Source of the DNA: Eledone cirrhosa
Taxonomy: Eukaryota
NCBI GenBank assembly: GCA_964016885.1
Contig: OZ024741.1
Location: 165,292,001 to 165,356,000, forward strand
Direction of reading: 5' to 3'
DNA: 64,000 bases
Below the pieces are notes generated by a model. That model searched no databases and was not told the origin of the DNA. It worked only from the letters and a program-made list of their open reading frames with translations. Of the stretch, positions 1 through 12,312 are shown piece after piece. How positions within the stretch are numbered: the stretch's first letter is position 1; each line of letters begins with the position of its first letter. Made by a program: the position numbers and the translations under genes.

Positions 1-54
1 TATTAGATTGTATGTTTATGGCTGATACATGTTGAATAAAGAAAGAGCATGAAC

Positions 55-483
55 ATGGATAAATTAAAGCTCCAACGTCTAGCAACTGACTTGGTAGACA
101 CCCACAAAATTATTATCCAACAACAACTCTGAGCACCATTTTGAATTCCATGTGTCTAACATCTGTGGACATGCTTACAAAAATCAGAAAACAGTACAGC
201 TCCCATGATTTTCGGAAACATTTTTTGATGCTCAGAGTTGCTGAAGCATAAAACAAACTATCAGCATCAGTTGTTAGTTGTCGGGACACTGCATCGTTCA
301 AAAGTTCCATGCTTCCCGAAATTTGCCAACACTACACCTGATATTCCCCCTCCATACACATGTGTGTGTGTATATCATGACTCACGCACTGTTCCCTTTC
401 CTGACATTTGTATATTATTACTATACATGCATATTTGATGAGTAGTAGTGCACCTGAGCACTGTACACAATAATTTTCATTAT
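55..483 (+). mobile_element. CR1-like LINE 3' end relic (ORF2 C-terminus + 3' UTR)
   Basis: Manual translation gives LKLQRLATDLVDTHKII...GHAYK...RKHFLMLRVAEA*NKLSASVVSCRDTASFK, resembling the CR1 ORF2 C-terminal pattern. The 3' UTR (tagtgcacctgagcactgtacacaataattttcatt) recurs inverted at ~30625-30700 and ~36050-36200. Confidence 0.65.
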
Positions 484-816
484 AAAACTGTTGCTGTCCC
501 TTGAAGCTTTTGTAAGCTAGTTTTAAACCTTAGAATGGTGGTGGTCACAGCCAAGGCGACACATGATAAAGACCTCATGGAGAGATATTATATATAAAAT
601 ATATTCTATCTGACATTAAAACAAGGCTGTCCCAATCCCAGTGGTTCATCAGGCCAGACCTAAATATGGCTTTAATGGCAATAAGTGACTATGAATAAAA
701 GATACACATGTGATGGGACATAAATCCATCACACGGTTACTCCCTAGCTGCTGGTATTGATTTTAAATTGAGTGGACTGGAGCAACATGAAATGAAGAGT
801 TTTCTTCAAGAACACA

Positions 817-1148
817 TGGAGGCACATAGCTTAGTGGTTTGAGCAATCGAAAAGTTGTGAGTTCAATTCTCAGACCGGGTGATGTGTTGTTTCCTTGAGC
901 AAGACACTTTATTTCACATTGCTCCAGTTTACTCAGCTGTAGAAATGAGATGATAGGGTCTGGGGTCCCTATCATTCCACTGCAACGTGGTTGTGGAGGT
1001 GCCACAGCAAAAAAAAAGCACCCAGCCCACACTGTAAATGAGGTTGGTGTTAGGAAGGGCATCCAGCTGTAGAAATCAAGCCAGAATCAGTTCCCGTCCC
1101 ACCCTTGCAAGCAGGGAAAAGCGGATGTAAAATGATGATGATGATGAT
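817..1148 (+). mobile_element. tRNA-derived SINE family A (tRNA head + central domain + RTE-type tail), nested in an older minus-strand SINE
   Basis: A-box-like tagcttagtgg, B-box-like gagttcaattc, central ccttgagcaagacacttt, (atg)n tail. 7-bp target-site duplication gaacaca at 810-816 and 1149-1155. The interrupted SINE continues on both sides. Confidence 0.85.
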
Positions 1149-1310
1149 GAACACAACACATCACTTCATCAAGAAATTGAACCCACAACGACCATATGTC
1201 CAACATCCTATACACGAGCCGAAGCTTAGGGGAGAAACTACATTATGGCAATGACAATAACATTGTGGATGATAATGAGGCTGATGGTATTATTGTAGGT
1301 GATAAATAAG

Positions 1311-1530
1311 GTGGTGGATTGACAGTATCGGTAGAGGGTTGGACGCCATGCTTTGCAGCATAGAGTTATGGCCCTTTATGATCTGAGTTTAAATCTCGCC
1401 AAGGTTAACTTTGCCTTTCATCCTTAGGGGGTCGATAAAATAAAGTACCAGTCACGTACTGGGGCCAATTTAATCGACTCTCCCCTCTCCCCAAAATTGC
1501 TGGCTTTGTGACTATATAAGAAACCATTAT
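1311..1530 (+). mobile_element. tRNA-derived SINE family B (Nin/Deu-domain-like core)
   Basis: ggattggcagtatcggtagag head, gagttcaaatc B-box-like motif, conserved core ctttcatccttacggggtcgataaaataaagtaccag. More than a dozen copies in the window. Confidence 0.85.
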
Positions 1531-1544
1531 TGTAGTTGATAATA

Positions 1545-2138
1545 ATTGTTTCTACTTTTGGCACAAGGCCATCTGTTACCCCAGTGTATTACTGGTACTT
1601 TATTTTATCGACCCCGTAAGGATGAAAGGCAAAGTTAACCTCGGTGGGATTTGAACTCAGAATGGCAAGGGCCGTAACTCAATGCGTCAAAGCATGGTGT
1701 CCGACCCTCTACCGATACTGCCAATCCACTGCTGATAATAATGATTTCTACTTTAAGTAGAAGGCCAGTGATTTAATGGTGAGGGGGAAGTCAAATATAT
1801 GATTACAGGTACTTTATTTTATCGACCCCAAAGGAGAGAGGCAAAGCTAACTTCAGTGGAATTCGAACTCAGAATATAAAGGGCCATAACTATGCTGCGA
1901 AGCAGGGTCTCCGACACTCTAACAATACTGCTAATCCACCACCCTGATAATAATAATAATAATTGTTTCTACTTTTGGCACAAGGCCAGCAATTACCCAG
2001 TGCATTACTGGTACTTTATTTTATCGACCTCGTAAAGATGAAAGGCAAAGTTAACCTCGGCGGGATTTGAACTCAGACCGTAAAGGGACGTAACTATATG
2101 CCACAAAGCATGGTGTCCGACGCTCTAACGATACCACC
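1545..2138 (-). mobile_element. Three tandem SINE family B copies
   Basis: Reverse-complement copies at ~1545-1732, ~1742-1945 and ~1962-2138. Confidence 0.85.
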
Positions 2139-2160
2139 AAGATGATAATGATGATGAAGG

Positions 2161-2200
<40 letters not shown>

Positions 2201-2548
2201 AATGATGGCAGTGATGGTGGTGAACATACAAGTTTACAAGGTTATATTTGCAGGGATCAGAGAGGAGTAAAGGTATTTTACAAAGTAATCAACAACAATT
2301 ACAAGAATAAAAAATGAAACCCAATATAAAAACAAGTGCTACTAGCTAGAAGTGTCTCTACCAATGTACTATTAAAACTATTTAGTTTACCTGTAGCAAT
2401 AGTAAACTTACCCAAAGTTTCTACATGTGGTGTACAGTACAGAAGGAGACTGGTCACTATAAAGCAAATAAACAATATTATTTACACACATTGCTTTTTT
2501 CCTCATTTTTTTGGCATTTCTTTCCCTATTTTTATTGTTGTTGTTCTC

Positions 2549-2613
<65 letters not shown>

Positions 2614-2855
2614 GGAAAAAATGAAACAAAACTTCATTTCCCACTCTTAGTACGGCTGTTACTTAAATATAAGTATGTACACGTACATACATATATGTAT
2701 ACAGACGTACAGTAGTATGTATATATATATACATACATGCACACACATATATATGTACGTATGGATTCACCGAACATTTATTATAATGCTCGGTGTGTTT
2801 GTAAACAAACATCCCGTATTAAGCCGTACAGTGTCTAGCAACACTGACAAAGGAA

Positions 2856-2896
2856 CGCTGTACTAGTTTCAAGCTTATTAGCTATCATCAGCAATG
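2856..2896 (-). ncRNA. Minimal type I hammerhead ribozyme motif (PLE-type)
   Basis: Minus strand reads attg CTGATGA t agct aata agct t GAAAC ta GTA cag. Stem II is AGCT/AGCT, stem III is the palindrome ACTAGT, stem I is a short ttg/cag. It lies in a ~190-bp unique segment bounded by TA-rich microsatellite. Confidence 0.65.
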
Positions 2897-2984
2897 TATA
2901 CCTTCCTGTCAGATTGTTGAACGTATATACTTACCTATATATATATATATATATATATAAATATATATGTATATATATATAACA

Positions 2985-3196
2985 AAAGATTCAGGACCCC
3001 GACGGCTGAGCTCCGGCCGTTTCAACAGCTAGATCCAAACTAAGTATTAGATAAGTTCAGATCTAGCTGTCGAAACGGCAAGAGCTCAGCCATCGGGGTT
3101 CTGACTCTCTTCCTATTACCCACTCTACTTCTCTAAGTATTGAGTACTCTGGTGTGTTATAATGCACCTGGTATCTTACTGCACCCGTAATGTTAT
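2985..3196 (+). mobile_element. Short non-coding fold-back element between (TA)n tracts (PLE pLTR-like)
   Basis: 5' inverted repeat (caggaccccgacggctgagctc...gagctcagccatcggggttctga) followed by a tail shared with 37477-37620 and 38840-39012. Confidence 0.55.
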
Positions 3197-4916
3197 ATAT
3201 GTATATATATATATATTCTTATCCGATATCTGCATTGCTTTATTGTACTACAATAAAACTCACCTCCTACATATATATATACATATATATAGTGGTAAAA
3301 CACAGGGAAGTTACTTACATAGTAAGTAGAGCACTCAATCCATAGAACAAGTTCGGTATAAAGTTAGTTCCAACTTTAAACATATGAATGTATATTATAT
3401 ATATATATATACACACACATACATATGTGTGTGTATAAAAAAATCTAAACTATAATAAAGGAAGGTCTGCGGGATTGCGTACAGTTTATATTTTTTTTTA
3501 TCCCGTTAGTAAAATAAGTTGGATTACTTTGAATAAATAATGAATGAATATTACAGAATTTATCTATTAAATTTCGTAAACAAAAATAATTGTGTAAAAA
3601 TAAATAATTTAAAATTGACTTCTTTTCAAAATTGCACTTCCGGTATATCGTTGCCACCACCACCACTTCAACTACCATATATATAGAAAGAGAGAGTGTG
3701 TGATGTCAACACTTCCGGTGGCGATCACTTAAATAAACATACTAATTTTCTGTCACTAATTTTCTCTTAATACAGTTTATATATAATATCGTTTTTTTTT
3801 TAATGTATCATGGATTACGTTACTGATTACATAAGACAGTGTAACAACGTCTTCGTTCAATTTCTGTTTATATTGTCAATTACGATTTTATTTGATGTAT
3901 CATATCTACATGTATATATACTTGCGTATAATATCAATATACACACTACACATGTTAGCAGAGAACCACCCAAAGGGTGGTTTTTCTGCTAGTAATAATA
4001 AAGATTTGAAGATGCACCTAATGTTTTTTTTTATATATACCTGAAAATTTACAGCACACAATGAAAATAAGTTAATTCATACAATATGAATTATATATAT
4101 ATTTTATATGTAGATTTGCAGAAAAAATCAATTAATTATCTAAAAAAATTATCTAATTTATGTGCTGACTGACTTCAGACAAATCTGGTTTCAAAGTTAT
4201 TTTTTCAAAGTTACATTTGTGCTGGCCTTAAGCATTTTTTAATACATGCCATTATGAGCTGCTTACATACTAATTTTGTATGAACTAATTTCTTGTAATT
4301 GTGTATTCATCATAATGATGATCACCATCATCATTTAATGTCCATTTTCTACACTAATAATTGTTTCTATTTTAGGCACAAGGCCAGCAATTACCCAGTA
4401 CATTACTGATACTTTAGGTCATGTTGACCCTTTGGGAGAGAATCAGGTCAGAGGCCCGCGTTTCGCTTACCCAGGGCTGATTTTGGCTTGGTTTCTACAG
4501 CTGGATGCCCTTCCTAATGCCAACCACATTTACATTGTGACACCTACATAATACATAATCACTTTACAGTGTGGACTGGGTAAATTTATATATATATATA
4601 TATATGTATATATATAAAACACTGGGTGCATTTTCATATCTTTATCATTATTTTTCTTATATTATAATTTGTATAGAATTCTTTAATTTTCTTATGTCTA
4701 ATGTTTTCACTATATACATATATGTTTGTGTGTGTGTGTGTGTATGTTTATGCCTCATAACGTGGCTGTTCAACAAGTAGACATCGATAAACTAAGTACC
4801 AGGCTTAATTAAGTATTATGTCCTTATGATCAATTACATAATTGATTGTAGCTCTACAGCATCGCTGCAGTCTAATGAAGGAAGACAATAAAATGTGTGT
4901 GAGTTTGTAATATGCA

Positions 4917-4965
<49 letters not shown>

Positions 4966-4968
<3 letters not shown>

Positions 4969-6510
4969 TCCTTTCAAAAAAAGAAACATAAAAACGGAAA
5001 ATCAGACTGTTAAAGCAATAATTGAAGAGATGGAGCCTGATGTATCAGAACTGATTGAGGTTATTTATGCAGCAACAATGGTAATATAAAGGAAATGTGA
5101 GTTAAGAAAAAAACAAAAAGGACAGAACACTCACAAAAAACACCCTGGAAAATAAAAATTGAAATGATGTGGGGAGAAATATTGATCTTGGGTGAAATAC
5201 GTGCTGGCAAATCAAGTCAAGAAAAGGAAGGAAAGTGATTACAATGTAACTTCAAAATCTGATATTTCATCAATCAAAGAAACCCTGAAACAGAAATTAC
5301 AGCTGAAAGCTGAAAGAATCAGAAGATTTGAAAAATGAAATAGGTTTATGTCAGATGCAAAAAGCCTTTGCAGGGAAATTGGGACACAGACAATTCAAAT
5401 AAAAGAACTTTCTTCAATTCATAAAATTAAAGAATTTTTGAAAACAGTGTGGAGTACAGAAAAATCACATAATGCAAATGTAGAAAGAATAAAGATGGAA
5501 GAAACATACAATGATTTAGAAAGGCAGACTTGGCAAAACATAACTATAAAAGAACTGGAGTTGGCAGTGAAGAAAGCCAACACATGGAAATCTCCTGGCA
5601 TTGGTAAAGTGATAAACTTCTGGTTATTTCTTTCAACTGCTACCCATATGTTGGTAAAATGTTAAAACGAAATTATGCACAATCCCGAGAAAACTCCTGA
5701 CTGGTTTACACAAGTCATAACATATCTCTTGCCAAAATCAACATAAACAAATATTCCAAAAAATGTTCATCCTATCACTTGTCTTCCCACATCATACAAC
5801 ATTCTCACCTCAATCTTAACCGAGACAACCTACACATTTTTGGATGAAAATCATCTATTCCTTATGGATCAGAAAGGTTGTTGCCATGGATCTTACCGAT
5901 GCAAAGATCAACATCTCATTAACTGTATGATTCTGGAAAACTGTCATAAAAAGTATAGAAATTTGAGTACTGCTTGCATTGACTATAAGAAAACATTTAA
6001 CAGTGCACAGATTTTGAAATTGTTGGATGTTCTGAAAACTTTCCCAGTAATATCAAACTTCCTGAAATACATGACTATATGGAATACACACCTATCATTG
6101 TCACAGTGATGAAACTATATAAATTCCAGCTGAATAAGTATTAACTGTGGTATTTTTCAAGGAGATTCATTTTCTTCTCTGATATTTTGCATTGCTCAAC
6201 AAAGTAAAATATGGCCACAAAATAGACAGCAAAACCATAGATCACCTGTTTTATATGGATGACTTGAAATTGTGTGCCAAACATGAGAGCGAATTGGAAG
6301 GGCTGTTGAAGATAATTAAGGTGTTCAGCGATGAATTAAGGATGAAGTTCGGACTAGAAATTTGCACCAAAGCAACATTAAAAAAAAGCAGAATGGTAAG
6401 CACAAACTCAATAGGAATAGATGTGAATACAATAATTAGGGAACTAGAAGAGGAACAAGCCTAGATATCTAGGGATCAATGAAGGCCAAGGTATTCACCA
6501 TGCCAGTATA
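4966..6510 (+). mobile_element. Degenerate non-LTR retrotransposon RT (R4/Dong-like)
   Basis: Fragmented ORFs with KSPG..NFWL, PITCLPT, QKGC..GS..CKDQ.LIN, IDYKKTF, GIFQGDS, HLFYMDDLKL, MKFGL..C and YLGI motifs. Many stops and frameshifts; starts at a (TA)n tract. Confidence 0.8.
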
Positions 6511-6771
6511 AGAGTTAATGAATTCTCTGATGACAGAAAAAAGAGGGATATTAATGTTTAACACCAATTTCCTTGAATCAGTGCTCAGATTAAAATATGG
6601 AGACATCTATATATTTATAATTGAATTTGAGCAAGGTTTTTCAACACATTTATTTCTCCCTTATATATATTTTTTTCTGGTCCTCTCTGTAGAAACATGT
6701 TAGAAGAATAAGATATTTTAACTTTTTCATTATTGCTAGTTATCCATTATTATATATCTCTAGGGGGATTG

Positions 6772-7168
6772 GGTGGGGGATTGGCAGTATCGGTAGAGGA
6801 TCGGACGCCATGCTTTGCAGCACAGTTACGTCCCTTTACGGACTGAGTTCAAATCCCGCCAAGGTTAACTTTGCCTTTCATCCTTACGGGGGTCTATACA
6901 ATAAAGTACCAGTAATACACTGACATAATTGCTGGCCTCGTGCCAAAAGTAGAAACAATTATTATATATCTCTAGAGCGGTGCATTGGCAGTATCAGTAG
7001 AGGGTCAGACGCCATGCTTTGCAGCAAGGAGTTACGGCCCTTTATGGTCTGAGTTCAAATCTTGCCGAGGTTAACTTTGCCTTTCATTCTGACGGGGTCG
7101 ATAAAATAAAGTACCAGTAATACACTGGAATAAATGCTGGCCTTGTGCCAAAAATAGAAACAATTATA
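6772..7168 (+). mobile_element. Two tandem SINE family B copies
   Basis: Copies at ~6772-6962 and ~6977-7168, each preceded and followed by attatatatctct. Confidence 0.85.
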
Positions 7169-7259
7169 TATCTCTCCATTTTTATATATATATATACACA
7201 CACACACATATGTATATACACACACACACATATATACACATACATATATACACACACAT

Positions 7260-7290
<31 letters not shown>

Positions 7291-7303
7291 CACACACACA
7301 CAC

Positions 7304-7348
<45 letters not shown>

Positions 7349-7592
7349 CACACACACACACATATATATATATACACACACACGAAATGGGTATGTTGTC
7401 CCAGAGAGGGAATTAGTAATTTGATTTTGTAAGGACATATCATCTGTACCTTCAACAGAAGGTACAGATGATATGTAGAGCTCAGACAGAAAATAATAGT
7501 GTGTGTGTGCGTGATGAACAGAACTTGTGTTAGTGTAAATAGGAACCTCTGAAAAAGAATACTATAATACATACCAACACACAGACACACAC

Positions 7593-7643
<51 letters not shown>

Positions 7644-8728
7644 AAAACTCACACACACACAGGCATTCACATGTATATACATACTCGTAAGAGATTGGAA
7701 AGTTTACACAAGAGAATCCAATAATTTTTCCTTCCACAAAATTGATATTTAGATGCATTGAGATTTATATAAGAGGAGTCTAGAAAAACTCAAGGGAAGT
7801 ATACCTGATCTATTTCAAGCTAATTGTGTGGTAGATTTGATAGAGTTGGACTCTCATCAAAATCTATTGCAGTCACGACAACAGCCTGAAGCACAGAACG
7901 GTACTAAGATTTCTTGCTATATTAGCGAGTTTTCTGCATTCTCTGGAGACATGGTCTTCAACGTGTTGAAGGTAAGCACATAATGAAAGACAAATTCAGC
8001 TAAAGTTGTGATAATGGAATTATTGTGAAATTATGTATGAAATAGTTCAGCTAACTAGATTTAAGTTGAAGTGATGTGAGTGATAGATGTCAAGACACCT
8101 ACATGACCACTATAGAGTGGGCTGGACTCTTTTGTCATGGCTCCAGCGGGGGATCACTTTATAGAGGAGGTTGGAAAGTTGGGAGGGGTGGGGAAAATGC
8201 TTGGGGAAATTGGGGATGTAGGTATAGGGGAGAGAAGTTTATAGGTGGGGAAGATGCTTGGGGAAATTGGGGACGTAGGTATAGAAGAGGGAGATGGTAG
8301 GGAATGGAGTTTCCTACTAGGTATATACCGCAGCCCAAGAATAATAGAGGGTTGGTCTTCTGTAATAAGGTTAAATATAGGTGAAATATATTTGATATAT
8401 TTAAAAATAATAATGGGTTGGTCTTCTGTAATAAGGTTAAATATAGGTGAAATATATTTGATATATTTAAAAATAATAATATCGAAACATGATGGGAATA
8501 AATACGAATAAATAATTTAAAAAATCATCATTTAACATGTTAGTAAGGGTATGATGGGTTGTAACTGACCACATCAGTACATAATCAGAGCTAATGATCT
8601 CCCAAATATGACAGGGGTCTGCATCTCACATACATTCTCACAAGTTTGCTACAGCTAGGTGCCCTTCCAATATATGTAAATGTCTCAGTTGGATTGTTGT
8701 TGTTAAGTTTATATCATCGCTGAGTATG

Positions 8729-9505
8729 TCATCATCATCATCATCATCATCAGGTTTAGCGTCCGTGTTCCACGCTTGCATGGGTTTGGACGGGGGTTTT
8801 CCCACTTGAGGCAAGAGTGGTTGTCTTGCTCGCATAGGACTGTCTGGCGGGTTTTCTACAGTTGGATGCCCTTCCTAACACCAACCACATTTACAGTGTG
8901 GGGCTGGGAGGTTTTTACCGTGTTGCCTACACGGCCACATTACAGCGTGGACTGTCTGGCGGGTTTTCTACAGCTGGATGCCCTTCCTAACACCAACCAC
9001 ATTTACAGTGTGGGGCTGGGAGGTTTTTACCGTGTTGCCTACACGGCCACATTTACAGCGTGGACTGTGTGTTTTTTTGTCGTGACACCTACACGATCTC
9101 ATTTGTTTCGGCCTGGATGTTGTGGGACCAACATAACTTTACATTGAAGGGGGCGGTGTGGATGGGGTGGAGGTGGTGGGACGGGGGGGTGTTTTGATAG
9201 AGATGCCTACTGACTGTAGTAGGTTTTTACTTTGTATTTAGGTAAGGCGGGTCTTCTCTATTACTGAGTACCGCCAAAGGTCTCGGTCCAGTGACATTGT
9301 CTTGGAGAGGTGTAAGCGTGTGAGGTCGGAATTTATCAGCTCGTCCCATGTTTTTCTGGGTCTGCCTACTCCGTGGCTACCGTCTATCTTTATTGCCCTG
9401 CACTTTGCTATACAGCTGTCGTCTTTCATGCGCATCACGTGACCGTACCAACGTAGCCTTCACTCGAGTAAACAACATCTGATCCCTCTTATTTCTAATT
9501 TTTTT
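8729..9505 (-). mobile_element. RTE-clade LINE, 5'-truncated 3' end
   Basis: Encodes ...RWYGHVMRMKDDSCIAKCRAIKIDGSHGVGRPRKTWDELI, nearly identical to 44740-44961. 3' UTR has a ~110-bp internal duplication and a (gat)n tail. Confidence 0.9.
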
Positions 9506-9729
9506 GTATGCATGTGAATGTGATCCCTCTTATTTCTAATTTTTTATGTATGCATGTGAATGTGTATATATCTACACTGGTCAACTGATGAGCTCGGACT
9601 GTGTTTTGTTACTTTTTCTGTTTTTGCCCATAATTTTTATTCATTATATGAACCTGTTACTTTTATCTAAAGACATTTTTTCAAATTCCACCCTGCCTGT
9701 CTCTTCAATCTATCTTTCTTCTCATTCTT

Positions 9730-9765
9730 TCTTCTGATGAAGGACTAGCATCCGAAACATTAAGA
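9730..9765 (+). ncRNA. Minimal hammerhead motif (decayed copy)
   Basis: tctt CTGATGA agga ctagca tcc GAAAC att aaga, with stem I tctt/aaga. Same family as 31617-31652, where stem III reads AACGTT. The shared downstream tail ends at (TA)n. Confidence 0.5.
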
Positions 9766-10383
9766 CCCTCTTCCTGCTATTTCAAGCGTTAACTTAATAT
9801 ATTCCTTCCATATATACTGTACCGATTGTGTTATTTCTGTTTACCTTTTACATTATATATATACATACAGAAAAAAGGTAACGATGGAAGCACAATGGAA
9901 ATATATTTAAAGAATATTTTTTCTTTTTTAATCCGACAAAGTGATTATTGAAAAAAGAAGAAAAACATTCTTTTAAAAAGGAGGTTTTATAAAATACATA
10001 AAAAATATTATCGGTTTTGATGTTATTCATCTTAAATATTAAAAGTTAAGAATTAAAAATTAAAAATTGAAGAAGGTCTATTCAAACTATTTGAAGAAAA
10101 TTAACCAACTTTCATTAGGAACTGTTTCTTAAACATTTTAAAATTAAAGTTGGTTAATTTTCTTGAAATACTTTTGAATGTATATGCTCTGCTTATTTGC
10201 TAAATGCCTCACTAACTTTTTCCATGCTTTAACCAAACTCTTCTCTTAATGCTTGTTTTGCACGATATAAACATTGAGCAAATGCCTCAGTCCATGGCTG
10301 ACAATTACAACCTTAGAGCTTTGATTGTATACTTCCGCTTTTGATTGATGTGTCCCAATGACTTTTTTTAGCCGTTGCTCGCA

Positions 10384-10449
10384 CCAACCTGAGGTATATG
10401 GCCTTTAAAGTGACGAAATGCCTACGACGGTTGGAAGGCCACTGATGAG
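10384..10449 (+). ncRNA. Putative rearranged (non-circularly permuted) hammerhead ribozyme, copy 1
   Basis: aggta-T-A-tggcctt (10392-10405) ... C-GAAA-tgcct (10414-10423) ... aaggcca-CTGATGA-G (10435-10449). Extra helix ccaacc/ggttgg. Confidence 0.65.
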
Positions 10450-11008
10450 GACAAACTTTTTCATATGTAACCCATTTGCAGCGCCACAGCTCCATTATTA
10501 TCATATTTACACATATTTTTTCCTCCGCTGCCACCAGTCTGTTTCGTTCTTTGTGTCTTTACCCTTTCTAGCAGTCTCTCTCTCTCTGTTAGCCTCTTCC
10601 TCACCTTTCACTCACTCACTCTCTGTCACTACCTCTCCTCCTCCCCTTTCTTCCCGTTTGACCTGTCCGTAATCCTTTTCTCGCGGGCACTTGGCCAAGC
10701 CGGTATGAATTTTTTCTCTCTCTCTCTCTCGTCTGCGACTTCACAGAACTTATGTTTACCGAATTCGCAGACCAGACCCCTTCTTCCTCCCATTAGACCT
10801 GTGCGAAATTCCTTCCTTGCTCACATTTCAACCAGGTTTGATGGTCTTTATTCTCTCGTTCACGATTCCACCGAATTTATATTCATAGAAATCTGGGACT
10901 TGTTCCTTTCTTCTTCATCACTTTCTGTTGCTTAAACCATTTTGTTTGTTTACCCTAGCGTCCCCCTTATTTACGTGTCCCAACGACTTTTTTTAGCCGT
11001 TGCTCGCA

Positions 11009-11074
11009 CCAACCTGAGGTATATGGCCTTTAAAGCGACGAAATGCCTACGGCGGTTGGATGGCCACTGATGAG
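11009..11074 (+). ncRNA. Putative rearranged hammerhead ribozyme, copy 2
   Basis: Near-identical direct repeat of copy 1, 625 nt downstream; followed by (TA)n. Confidence 0.65.
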
Positions 11075-11189
11075 GACAAACTTTTTCATATATATATATA
11101 TATCAAACATTAAACTAATATATTTCTTCATTGTACAGCATAGTTTCTCTATGTTGCTTATGTTTACTTTTTCACATATATATATATAT

Positions 11190-11530
11190 CATCATCATCA
11201 TCATCATTATCGTTTAACGTCCATCTTCCACACTAGCATGGGTTGGATGGGTTTGTCCCACTTGAGGCAATATTGATCAGGTGACCATGTCTCACTCATA
11301 TAGAACTGTTTCTGGAAGGTTTTCTATGGCTGGATGTCCTTCCTAACGCCAACCACATTTGCAGTGTGGACTAGGAGCCTGTTTACCGTGTCTCCTACAC
11401 AACCATTTTACAGTGTGGACTGGGTGCTTTTTATCGTGTCACCTACATGACCAATTTATAGTGTGGATTGGATGTTCTGTGGTACCAACATACCTTTACA
11501 GAGGAAGGGCGGTGTGGACGTAAGTGGGAG
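11190..11530 (-). mobile_element. RTE 3'-UTR-derived element
   Basis: (cat)n followed by cgtttaacgtccatcttccacactagcatggg and ctggatgtccttcctaacgccaacc, homologous to the RTE tail. Confidence 0.7.
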
Positions 11531-11750
11531 GATGGTGTGTGTGTGTATATATATATATATACACACAGACACAGACACACATACAAATCACATATATATA
11601 TACCAGCTAGCCAGTATCTGGAAGATATGGGGTTCAATTTGTCATAGTGGCCAGTGGCAACTTCTTTATCTGTCTTTTAAGGGTCTTCACCCTATTTTAT
11701 AAGCTATCTTTATAGTATTTCTGCACTTGAGCACTTTCTTTATACTTATA

Positions 11751-12151
11751 TCATCATCATCATCATCATCACCATTTTACGTCCGTTCTTCCATGCTAGC
11801 ATGGGTTAGACGGGTTTACCTGTTGTGGGCAGTGTCTGGTCAGCTGACCTTGTCTTGCTCATACGAGAACTGATTCTGGCTTGATTTCTACAGCTGGATG
11901 CCCTTCCTAACACAAACCTCATTTACAGTGAGTGCTGGGTGCTTTTTTGCCGTGGCGCCTCCACGACCACTTTTCAATGGAATGATAGGGACCCCAGTCC
12001 CTATCATCTCATTTCTACAGCTGAGTAAACTGGAGCAATGTGAAATAAAGTGTCTTGCTCAAGGAAACAACACATCACCCGGTCTGAGAATTGAACTCAC
12101 AACCTTTCGATTGCAAGCCCAATGCTCTAACCACTAAGCCATGCACCTTCA
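11751..12151 (-). mobile_element. SINE family A
   Basis: Reverse-complement match to 817-1148 and 30842-31280. Confidence 0.85.
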
Positions 12152-12158
12152 TATATGC

Positions 12159-12195
<37 letters not shown>

Positions 12196-12312
12196 TGCAT
12201 ATATGCTTGCTGTTTTCCTACCTTCGGTTTGCTTTTCCTTCTGTTGTTTACTTGTCTCACTCGCTTTACGCGTTTCACTTGTCCCAATAGCTTATTTTAG
12301 TTATTGCTCGCA

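Noticed and set aside
9580-9600. Isolated ctgatgag (also ctgaaga at ~53610)
   Set aside because: No correctly placed GAAA, stem III and stem I partners.
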